NCBI GenBank assembly: GCA_027489875.1
Contig: JAIXZE010000093.1
Span: forward strand, 974-64,973
Length of the DNA: 64,000 nt
From: Verrucomicrobiales bacterium
GTDB taxonomy: Bacteria; Verrucomicrobiota; Verrucomicrobiia; Limisphaerales; UBA9464
Direction: 5' to 3'
Below are positions 1 to 7,669 of the stretch, one piece after another. The notes below the pieces were generated by a model. That model did no database searches. It saw only the letters and a list, made by a program, of their open reading frames with translations, and was not told where the DNA came from. Each line of letters begins with the position of its first letter. Position 1 is the first letter of the stretch. The position numbers and the translations under genes were made by a program.

Positions 1-47
1 TCCCGTGTGACGGGTGGCTCAACGTGATCGTTGGTCGTGATGGTTGT

Positions 48-99
48 GAGCTTGTTGCAGACAGGATGAACAGGATTTCCAGGATCATCCCGAAACAGG
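48..99. repeat. Family-A intergenic repeat, partial copy (5' arm only)
   Basis: 'gcagacaggatgaacaggatttccaggatcatcccgaaacagg' matches the 5' halves of the copies at 822-941 and 3650-3756. Confidence 0.6.
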
Positions 100-174
100 G
101 TGGGCCCGAGAACCGACGTGGACTTCGGCGGTTCGGGATCACAAGCTGTGGAGAGCGCACGATCGCTGGTTTCT

Positions 175-747
175 ATGAATTGGTTCACCAGATTTTTCAA
201 AGGCGACGGAGGCCGGTCGAACGATCCGGAATCGGTCGTTCGTTTTTATCAGCGGTTGGGCTTCTTCGGCCGTGTTGAGCCGGCCGCTGTGGTGCGAAGG
301 TACGTCGAGGACCACGGGAACCCACCGAATCCAGCCGAGGTTTGGGATCAGGTCTTCCTGCTGGCCTATTCGGAAGGTGACGTCTGGTCGGGGGATCCGG
401 AGGCGGACGTTTGTGCCGAGAACGAAGTCTACTCCGAGGTGTTGGTGGAGTGGGCGCGCATCTCGGGCGGTGCGTTCTCGCCGGTGGACATCCGGGAGGA
501 GTGGGATGGGGAGGAAGGACCGATCACCTTGAGCTTTGGGCTGGGTGGGCGTCGTGTGTCGGTGGCTCCGTCGTATCAGGATGATTGGATCGACCTCGAA
601 GTCCTCCGTCAGATCAATGGGCTGATCCAGTCGTCGGGGCACCAGTTTGAGTGTGCTGTGGATGGCAACTTCGTGCTCGTGGTCTGCCTGACCGCGGAGC
701 AGAAGGCGAAGATGCGCGCGGAGCGGCAATTCCCTTTTGCGTGGTGA
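175..747 (+). CDS. hypothetical protein
   Basis: ORF 100-747. The first ATG is at 175 ('MNWFTRFF...'). No motif recognised. Upstream ORF sequence overlaps repeat family A, so the later start is preferred. Confidence 0.45.
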   Translation: MNWFTRFFKGDGGRSNDPESVVRFYQRLGFFGRVEPAAVVRRYVEDHGNPPNPAEVWDQVFLLAYSEGDVWSGDPEADVCAENEVYSEVLVEWARISGGAFSPVDIREEWDGEEGPITLSFGLGGRRVSVAPSYQDDWIDLEVLRQINGLIQSSGHQFECAVDGNFVLVVCLTAEQKAKMRAERQFPFAW

Positions 748-821
748 CGTTCCCGTCTGGGTAGCAACCGCGGAGGCCGGATTGCAGGTGCAGACGACGA
801 ATCGGATCGGGGGAAAGGCCC

Positions 822-941
822 GGGTTCTGGGTCATTGCCGTCTCCTTGTTTGAGACAGGATGAACAGGATTTACAGGATGATCCCGAAGCAGGAAGCCGG
901 TGCCGAACCTCCTGTCATCCTGTCATCCTGTCATCCTGTCC
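822..941. repeat. Family-A repeat (hairpin arm plus CCTGTCAT octamer tract, 3.9 units at 911-941)
   Basis: Near-identical to 3650-3756. 'gacaggatgaacaggat' is complementary to 'atcctgtcatcctgtc'. Confidence 0.8.
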
Positions 942-1125
942 AAACCAGGGCCCCGTCCATCCTGTCCTTGCCGAAGTGGCGTCACGATCACATCTGCTTT
1001 CGCGTCGTTGTTGTCCCGACGGACAATCAGATGGCACCATGCCCCCCTCGACTCAAAGAGGTGGATGTTCCGATCGCGGGTGAGCCGCGTCGGTCAGTTC
1101 TCTTGTTGGGCGACAACGCGTCCTT

Positions 1126-1944
1126 ATGAACCAAAACGACCAACTTGTTTCGGAGCGATTCCCACGTTCGTCGCGCTATCACCCGGATTGGATCCTGGCG
1201 AGCGCCAGCGGGGGAGCCAATGCCCTTTGGTTGACGGAATGGCTTACAGAAGAGATGCGGTTGCAGCCTGGCATGCGGGTGCTGGATCTCGGCTGCGGAC
1301 GGGCGATGTCTTCGATTTTCCTGCGCCGCGAGTTCGGCGTTCAAGTTTGGGCGACGGACCTCTGGTTCAATGCCTCGGAGAACCTCCAGCGCATCCGGGA
1401 TGCCGGGGTCGAGGACGGGGTGTTTCCGATCCACTCCGACGCGCGGTCATTGCCGTTCGCTACGGAGTTCTTCGATGCCATCGTGTCGATTGACTCCTTC
1501 ATCTACTACGGCACGGACGACCACTATCTCAATTACCTCGCCCGGTTCGTCAAACCGGGCGGACAGATCGGGATCGCTCAGGTCGGCCTGACCCGCGAGA
1601 TGGATGGGCCGGTTCCCGCGCACCTCCAGGAGTGGTGGTCACAGGAACAACCGTGGCAGTTTCATTCTGCCTCGTGGTGGCGTCGGCACTGGGGCCGGAC
1701 TGGCATTCTGGATATCGAGGTGGCCGACATGCTGGCCGGTGGCTGGCAATACTGGGTGGAATGGCTTCGCCTGGTGGCTCCCGACAATGCGGTGGAGATT
1801 GCGGCACTGGAAGCCGACGCCGGCAGCCATCTCGGTTACGTTCGCGCCATCGGCCGACGGAGGGGGGAAGCGCAACTGCCGGAGCCGATTGTGTCGGTGC
1901 CTGCTCATTACCTGAAAAAGCCCCTGCTCCGAGGCTCGGAGTAA
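1126..1944 (+). CDS. class I SAM-dependent methyltransferase
   Basis: 272-aa ORF with motif I 'VLDLGCGRAMSS' followed by 'ATDL' and 'FDAIVSIDSFIYYG', typical of the Methyltransf_11/25 fold. Confidence 0.8.
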   Translation: MNQNDQLVSERFPRSSRYHPDWILASASGGANALWLTEWLTEEMRLQPGMRVLDLGCGRAMSSIFLRREFGVQVWATDLWFNASENLQRIRDAGVEDGVFPIHSDARSLPFATEFFDAIVSIDSFIYYGTDDHYLNYLARFVKPGGQIGIAQVGLTREMDGPVPAHLQEWWSQEQPWQFHSASWWRRHWGRTGILDIEVADMLAGGWQYWVEWLRLVAPDNAVEIAALEADAGSHLGYVRAIGRRRGEAQLPEPIVSVPAHYLKKPLLRGSE

Positions 1945-2100
1945 GATGCTGAGGGGCGCTTGGGACGTCAGCGCAAAGGATTGCTGCCATGGTATCGCTT
2001 CTCCACTGCTTTCCGCTGCTGTGCATCGTCGCAGGAGGCATTGTCGGGCTCTGCGTCCCCTGCGCCGGGCCGCTCTGCATGGGTTGTTGGCCGAATCAAT

Positions 2101-2892
2101 ATGCGGTGGCTTGGGCATAAAGTTGTTCGAAGGCTTCTGTGGGGTACTGCCGCATGCCTCGCGCTCTGCCTTGGGGCATTTCTGGTGTACTTCCCGGGCA
2201 GGCAAAGCCTGCTCGCCTTTACCTTGGCTACGGGTATTGGCGTGACCAGTCTGCAAAATCAGGTGGACCAGTTGGAAGGCAAGGCCGTCAGAGGGCAGGA
2301 AATGTCCGTTGCGGAGAGGCGATTCCTTCGAGATCTGTACATCTGCTTTGCCAAAGGGGGCGCTCTGGTCGCGCCTCAATCCAGCAAGATGATGCATCGC
2401 TATCTTTCCAGGACGGGAGAGCCGTTGGCAGTTAGTCCGGGGCTATTTACCGGCAGTGCTCCTGTGCGTTTGGCCATGACTGAACTTAGAAGGAAGGTTC
2501 TGCAGGATCTGGATGGTGGCCGTGGCGGTCAGGGGCGATATTCATCCGAAACCTTTTATATGGGCGATCCCGAGTACTTTGATGCCTTCGTCGGACTCTA
2601 CTATGGGCACCTCCAGGCAACGTTCCGCGTGGTCGAAGGCGGTTCGCTCGTCCTCTCCTGGCGCGCGGAGGTGCCGTGGACCTGGCCCACCTACACCGAG
2701 CTCTTTCAGAAGTATGGCGATCACCATGCTCAGAGCTTTCCGTTGCCGAACGCTCGTAGCGTGTTTCAGGGGCAGAAATACTGTCTGTGGATGGACGATG
2801 GACTCGGAGGCCACTTATCCAAGATCGGTATGGCAAAGCCCTTCCTCGCCTACTCCGAATGGGAGGAGACGGTTTCCCGTGACGGTCGCTGA
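2101..2892 (+). CDS. hypothetical membrane-anchored protein
   Basis: ORF 1960-2892. The internal ATG at 2101 precedes a hydrophobic segment 'LLWGTAACLALCLGAFLVYF'. No catalytic motif recognised. Confidence 0.45.
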   Translation: MRWLGHKVVRRLLWGTAACLALCLGAFLVYFPGRQSLLAFTLATGIGVTSLQNQVDQLEGKAVRGQEMSVAERRFLRDLYICFAKGGALVAPQSSKMMHRYLSRTGEPLAVSPGLFTGSAPVRLAMTELRRKVLQDLDGGRGGQGRYSSETFYMGDPEYFDAFVGLYYGHLQATFRVVEGGSLVLSWRAEVPWTWPTYTELFQKYGDHHAQSFPLPNARSVFQGQKYCLWMDDGLGGHLSKIGMAKPFLAYSEWEETVSRDGR

Positions 2893-2893
2893 C

Positions 2894-3352
2894 TTGGGAG
2901 CTCGGCAAAGACCATGGCTAAACCAGAGACATCTTTGGCGCGACTTCAGTGACGTGGTTCGCGGCGATGCGGTGACCTTGCACGAGACGCTGGCCATTGA
3001 CCATTGGGGTTCAGAAGTGGAGAGGCGCAAGGCCAGGGAATTGGACACGGACAACCACTGGTGGGAAGTGCGGGATGAGTGGATTCAGAAATTTGATGGG
3101 GTCGGGGGGCTTTGCTTTCTCGATGACCCAGGGTTTCGCTACTACTTGCCGGCATACCTGAGCTATTGGCTGCGAACGGATCATGCACCGTTCCCATTGA
3201 CTGGCTTGATTGTCGGCCGGCGGCAATGGCGATACCGACTCTTCACGGCTTCACAACGACGGACGATCGGCCGGGTAATCCGCTTTATCCATCATAGGAC
3301 TTCCCGGAAAAGCCTGCCAACACCCGGTCCACTGACCCCAGGCGAGGGTTGA
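2894..3352 (+). CDS. hypothetical protein (possible small immunity-like protein)
   Basis: This is the 3' part of ORF 2513-3352. The 5' part overlaps the previous gene in another frame. There is no in-frame ATG after 2892, so a putative TTG start at 2894 is used. 'FLDDPGFRYYLPAYLSYWL' is reminiscent of small immunity-type families, but that is not verifiable here. Confidence 0.35.
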   Translation: MGARQRPWLNQRHLWRDFSDVVRGDAVTLHETLAIDHWGSEVERRKARELDTDNHWWEVRDEWIQKFDGVGGLCFLDDPGFRYYLPAYLSYWLRTDHAPFPLTGLIVGRRQWRYRLFTASQRRTIGRVIRFIHHRTSRKSLPTPGPLTPGEG

Positions 3353-3649
3353 ATCCCGTCCGCGTGGTGACGGTTGGTTCGGTCTTGGAGCGCTTCAACC
3401 CCTCCGGGGTTGGTTTTATAATCGGATCGAGACCCGGGGTTGCTCCGCACCCCGGGCTAATGGCTGTAACGCCTCCGGCGTACCGCGGTGATCCCAGGCC
3501 CGGGTTGAATGGGCTTGGGTGCCTGTTCGAGGTGTCTTCCATCCCTTGGGGCCTCACGGGTCCAGGGTTGTGACGGTGGCACCTCCATCGAACTTCGTGC
3601 CCTGGCGGGATTGCTGCGCTTGCCATGCAGCCGGCCACGCGGAAGGACC

Positions 3650-3756
3650 GGTTTCTGGGTCATTGCCGTGTATTTGTTTGAGACAGGATGAACAGGATTC
3701 ACAGGAGGATTCCGAGGCAGGAAGCCGGTGCCGAACCTCCTGTCATCCTGTCATCC
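3650..3756. repeat. Family-A repeat (ends exactly at the stop codon of the FG-GAP gene)
   Basis: 'ggtttctgggtcattgccgt...tttgagacaggatgaacaggattcacagga...gcaggaagccggtgccgaacctcctgtcatcctgtcatcc' closely matches 822-941. Confidence 0.8.
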
Positions 3757-6700
3757 TCACCTGGCTTCCACCCGGAAGAAGGCCGCGTCATCGGGTGAGG
3801 AGAACAGGAACTCCAGTTCGCCGGATTCGTTGATCCGGGTCTGGGGTGCGAGGAACGGGAAGGCGACGAAGTTGGTGAGTCGCGTCGCCTTCTCCAGTCC
3901 GAGGGTGAGCCGGAACTGTCCGGGGGCAACCTGAGCCAGCATCGGTGTACCGACATTCAGGGCCTGGATCTGGGAGGGGCTGTAGAGGCCGGCGGCATTC
4001 ACCGTCCGCAGCCCGCCGGCGAGTTTCGCGAGGACGAGGGTGAGTTCCCGGTCATCGACCAGGCCGTCGCCATCGGTGTCGCCCGGGATCAGTTGGCCGC
4101 TGGACGTCGCGAGAGCCTGTCCGATGACGAATTGGCCGGAGGTGAATTCCGATCCTGCGTAGGCGGTGTCCTGAGCCTGGATCGACCAGTACAGCGTCCG
4201 GCCGTTCGGGAGTCCGGTGATGGTCCGGGAGAGACCGGGGCGCAGCGCGCCGTGCCGGGTGAGGAGGGCCTTGCCGTCCGGTCGGGCCATGGGCGAGACC
4301 AGATCCGAGCCGCCTGGCGTGGTCCCGACGCGGAGATGATAGGAAAGACCGGCCGAGGGTGTCTGGGCGTCGGTGGCGGGCTGCCAGGAGAAGGTGACGC
4401 CGTTGGGGCCGGCAGAGACGCGCAAGCCCTTCGGGGCTGTGGGCGGGGTATTGGTTGACCAGGTCTGATTCCGGGAGATCTCGACGAGGCCCAGGCCAGT
4501 CGGAGCCTCGACACCCAGGAGGAGATCCAGACGGCCGTCGTTGTCCATGTCGGCCCACGCTCCGGACTTGCAGGCGAGGGGGGAGGTCGGGAAGGCCGAT
4601 GAGGTGATGTTGATGAAGGCTGTCCCCGTGTTTTGCCAGAGTTGGAGCAGGTCGATGGATCCCGGACCCTGGCCGACGAGCAGGATGTCGAGTCGGCCGT
4701 CGTTGTCGTGGTCACCCCAGGCGACGGAACCGCGGACCACGCCGGGAATGCCGTCCGCGACCTCGGCAGACACGTTTGAGAATCCGCTGCCTGTGTTGCG
4801 CCAGATCTGCGTCGTCGGCTGGTTGAGGCTGGTTTCTCCCGAGATCAGGAAATCGAGTCGGCCGTCGTTGTCATAGTCGCCCCAGGCTACCGCTGAGTCG
4901 CGGAGGCCCGGGAGGCCGGGAGCCGCGGCGTCCGGCACGCGGGTGAACCCAATGCCGTTGTTGCGCCAGATCTGGGTTGTGCTGGTGTCCGAGACCAGGA
5001 TGTCGAGCCACCCGTCTCCGTCGTAGTCTCCCCAGGCCACGGATCCGTCGCGGATCTCGGGGAATCCGGGCAGGACGGAAGAGGTGACGTTGACGAAGGC
5101 CGCGCCGGAGTTGCGCCAAAGTTGGCCGACCCGGCGGGTGCCCTGATTGCCCGTGAGGAGGAAGTCGAGTCGGCCGTCGTTGTCGTAGTCCCCCCAGGTC
5201 ACGGTACCGATGCCTACGGATGCGATGCCGCGCAGGTCAAACCGCTCGAAGTTCGGGTTCTCGGCTCCGGTATTGAACCAGAGCTGGGAGGTCGTGGTGG
5301 TGTTGGTGAAGCCGGTGAGGAGGAAGTCGAGGCGACCGTCGTTGTCGACGTCGCCCGGGGATATCTGGCCCCCGTCGATGGTCGGGAGCCCGGGAGTCAA
5401 CTGCCGTGCGAACCCGCTGCCCGTGTTGATCCAGACGCTCGGGGGGGGGCGCAGGAAGTACCCATCTTTGGAGAATTCCTGGGTGAGGAGGAAATCCAGT
5501 TTGCCGTCGGTGTTGAAGTCGCCGCATTCCATGGGCGTTCCGGGTATGGGCACCGGGCCGCTGGGGAACGGGCCGCCGGGGAACGTCCTGAAGAACGAAG
5601 GCAGGATCACGGCTTGCGTGGGGGTATAGATCACGCCGAGTTGGTTGGAGGCACCGATGCGGAGGTGGAGAAGCCCCCCGACCGGAGGGCTCATGAATCC
5701 GGTGTATTGGATGGGTTGGTTGCCCGATCCGACCTCTTTCGGGGGCGAGATCCGGCCGAGGTCCAGGGTGGGGCCCCATTCCATCCAGACCGTGGTGGGC
5801 AATCCGCCGGGGTTGACCGCTGCGGTCATCCCGCCGCGGTGGGAGTCGGAGTAGGGGGCCACCTGTACGGTTTCGCGCATCGTGGAGGCATTCGCCAGAA
5901 GCGGCGCGTGGATGGGGATCATCTTCAGGCTCCACGAATCCATGCGCACGGAGGTTCCGTTCACATAGAGGGACCAGACGCCAGCAACCTGGCCGGACTG
6001 CGCTGCGGACAGCGGGCTGGAGTAGGGGCCCGAAGGGGCTGGCGCGGGCAGGCTGGGTGGGGATTGATCCGTGTCCGGCTTATAGGTGCCCGGTGCGATG
6101 GCTCCCTCCGCTAATACCGGGAGCGGGCCGGAGGCGTAGTCATCGAAGGTGAGGATGGTTTGTCCACCGGCTGTGTCGAAGGTCCCGAAGGCGTGTGACA
6201 TCGGGCGGATCTTCTGACCGCCGGGACCGACGAGCAGGACGCTCATTCCCTGGGCGGGACAGGTGAGGTTGCTCAAGGTGAGCGTCATCCGGTACAGACC
6301 CTGCGGTGGTTCACCCAGGAGGGCGCGGGAGGGATAGACGTTGGCGATGCCCTGAGATGAGGTCCGCACCGGGCCTCCGTCCGGGTGGATGCTGTCAAAG
6401 GCCACACCCCCCATGGTCGCGGTGCCGCTCGCGCCTCCGATGGCGCGTACGACGAAGGTGTCGCCGGCCTTGCCACCGGTGATGTCGAAGAAGACCCAGT
6501 CCGGAACGCGGTTGTTCAGGACCGGGACCACCGTGGGGATCAGTCCGCTGGAGGACTGGGGGTTGTCTGACTGGACCAGCGAGATCCCAGAGGCGTTCCA
6601 ATGGACCCCGTCGAGGTTGTCCACCAGCAATCCGACCCGGATCATCCGGCCTTCGGCAGACGTGTTCAGAGTGAAGGAAAACAGGTTGGCGCTGCTGCCG

Positions 6701-7110
6701 GTTCCCGGGCGGGGGTTCACGGCCCCGGTGAGGAACGACCCGCCCGGCTGTCCGGGGTCATCGATCAGCGAGTATCCTCCGTTCCCGGCAAAGGTGCTGG
6801 AAAGGATGGTCGATTCCGCCACGTAGGACGGGCGGACGGGAGGCAGGTTGACGAGATGGTATCCGTCGCTTCCCAACACCTGATTGTTGTCGAGGTCCAG
6901 GGGCTTTGAAACGTCCGGGTTCCGCCATGACGATCCAAGATCGGTGAGGTTGCCGGAGTGCGTCACCGTCGCACCCGAGAGCATGGGCGCAGCCACGAGG
7001 ATCAGGAGCGCTGTCCCGATCCAGCGGCGAAATGGGGTTGGTGTGGTGGAACCTGTGTCGCGAGTGCGACTGGAGGCTGCCGTTGATAGAATGCGATCTG
7101 AAGGCGTCAC
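3757..7110 (-). CDS. secreted FG-GAP/VCBS repeat protein with an FN3-like and a dockerin/EF-hand-like segment
   Basis: 1117-aa ORF. It has a signal-like 'IGTALLILVAAPMLSGA' and at least 7 repeats of the 'WGDYDNDGRLDFLL(T/S)G' type. An FN3-like segment reads 'PPTAPKGLRVSAGPNGVTFSWQPATD', and 'DTDGDGLVDDRE' lies near the C-terminus. Confidence 0.85.
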   Translation of the reverse strand: MTPSDRILSTAASSRTRDTGSTTPTPFRRWIGTALLILVAAPMLSGATVTHSGNLTDLGSSWRNPDVSKPLDLDNNQVLGSDGYHLVNLPPVRPSYVAESTILSSTFAGNGGYSLIDDPGQPGGSFLTGAVNPRPGTGSSANLFSFTLNTSAEGRMIRVGLLVDNLDGVHWNASGISLVQSDNPQSSSGLIPTVVPVLNNRVPDWVFFDITGGKAGDTFVVRAIGGASGTATMGGVAFDSIHPDGGPVRTSSQGIANVYPSRALLGEPPQGLYRMTLTLSNLTCPAQGMSVLLVGPGGQKIRPMSHAFGTFDTAGGQTILTFDDYASGPLPVLAEGAIAPGTYKPDTDQSPPSLPAPAPSGPYSSPLSAAQSGQVAGVWSLYVNGTSVRMDSWSLKMIPIHAPLLANASTMRETVQVAPYSDSHRGGMTAAVNPGGLPTTVWMEWGPTLDLGRISPPKEVGSGNQPIQYTGFMSPPVGGLLHLRIGASNQLGVIYTPTQAVILPSFFRTFPGGPFPSGPVPIPGTPMECGDFNTDGKLDFLLTQEFSKDGYFLRPPPSVWINTGSGFARQLTPGLPTIDGGQISPGDVDNDGRLDFLLTGFTNTTTTSQLWFNTGAENPNFERFDLRGIASVGIGTVTWGDYDNDGRLDFLLTGNQGTRRVGQLWRNSGAAFVNVTSSVLPGFPEIRDGSVAWGDYDGDGWLDILVSDTSTTQIWRNNGIGFTRVPDAAAPGLPGLRDSAVAWGDYDNDGRLDFLISGETSLNQPTTQIWRNTGSGFSNVSAEVADGIPGVVRGSVAWGDHDNDGRLDILLVGQGPGSIDLLQLWQNTGTAFINITSSAFPTSPLACKSGAWADMDNDGRLDLLLGVEAPTGLGLVEISRNQTWSTNTPPTAPKGLRVSAGPNGVTFSWQPATDAQTPSAGLSYHLRVGTTPGGSDLVSPMARPDGKALLTRHGALRPGLSRTITGLPNGRTLYWSIQAQDTAYAGSEFTSGQFVIGQALATSSGQLIPGDTDGDGLVDDRELTLVLAKLAGGLRTVNAAGLYSPSQIQALNVGTPMLAQVAPGQFRLTLGLEKATRLTNFVAFPFLAPQTRINESGELEFLFSSPDDAAFFRVEAR

Positions 7111-7162
7111 ATGGGGCTTTTACGGTCGGGCTGGCGAAAGTTTCGGGGAAGTTTTCGGGGTT

Positions 7163-7208
7163 GGATGGACAGGATGGCTGTATGGCGGAGGACAGGATGA
7201 CAGGATGG
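7163..7208. repeat. Family-A octamer tract, inverted partial copy
   Basis: 'ggatggacaggatgg' and 'ggacaggatgacaggatgg' are the reverse complement of the CCTGTCAT tract. They lie 53-98 nt upstream of the FG-GAP gene start. Confidence 0.6.
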
Positions 7209-7265
7209 CGCAGGCTTGGTTGTAGGCCGCCCCGTTGGGGCTGAGGGGGCCTCGCCGCCCGTCGG

Positions 7266-7397
7266 GGCGCATCTGGACACTGCCTCCTTTTGGAAGGGAT
7301 TCGGGGCGGCGATGTCCTCATCGCCAAGGGAATGGCTTTGGAACGGCGACGAGGACGTCGCCACCCCGTTCCATGCGGGGGCAGTGTCCAGATGCGC
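7266..7397. repeat. Family-B nested-hairpin element (REP/MITE-like), full copy 1
   Basis: The outer stem 'ggcgcatctggacactgcc' (7266-7284) pairs with 'ggcagtgtccagatgcgcc' (7379-7397). It encloses the mini-hairpins 'ggcgatgtcctcatcgcc' and 'ggcgacgaggacgtcgcc'. Confidence 0.8.
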
Positions 7398-7473
7398 CCA
7401 CCCGTGCGGCCGTTGAAAGCGCGCTTCTCTTTGCGGGCAGTCCCGGACTAGGCTGGTCCCGTCGGCAGCGCCT

Positions 7474-7549
7474 GGGCCCATAGCTCAACGGTCAGAGCAG
7501 GGGACTCATAATCCCTTGGTTGCAGGTTCGAATCCTGCTGGGCCCACCA
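7474..7549 (+). tRNA. tRNA with CAT anticodon (elongator Met or lysidine-type Ile2), CCA encoded
   Basis: Hand-folded cloverleaf. Acceptor stem: gggccca/tgggccc. D stem: gctc/gagc. Anticodon stem: gggga/tccct with loop 'ctCATaa'. T arm: gcagg-ttcgaat-cctgc. The discriminator is A and the 3' end is CCA. Confidence 0.9.
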
Positions 7550-7669
7550 ATCTTTCCACAGCCTCCTGACGGCTACCGCCGGGGAACTGGGATCTGGAAA
7601 CCGGGAACTCTTCATTCACAGCCTCCTGACGTCGTCTGACGATACTCACGTCGTCTGCTACCACGGGGC

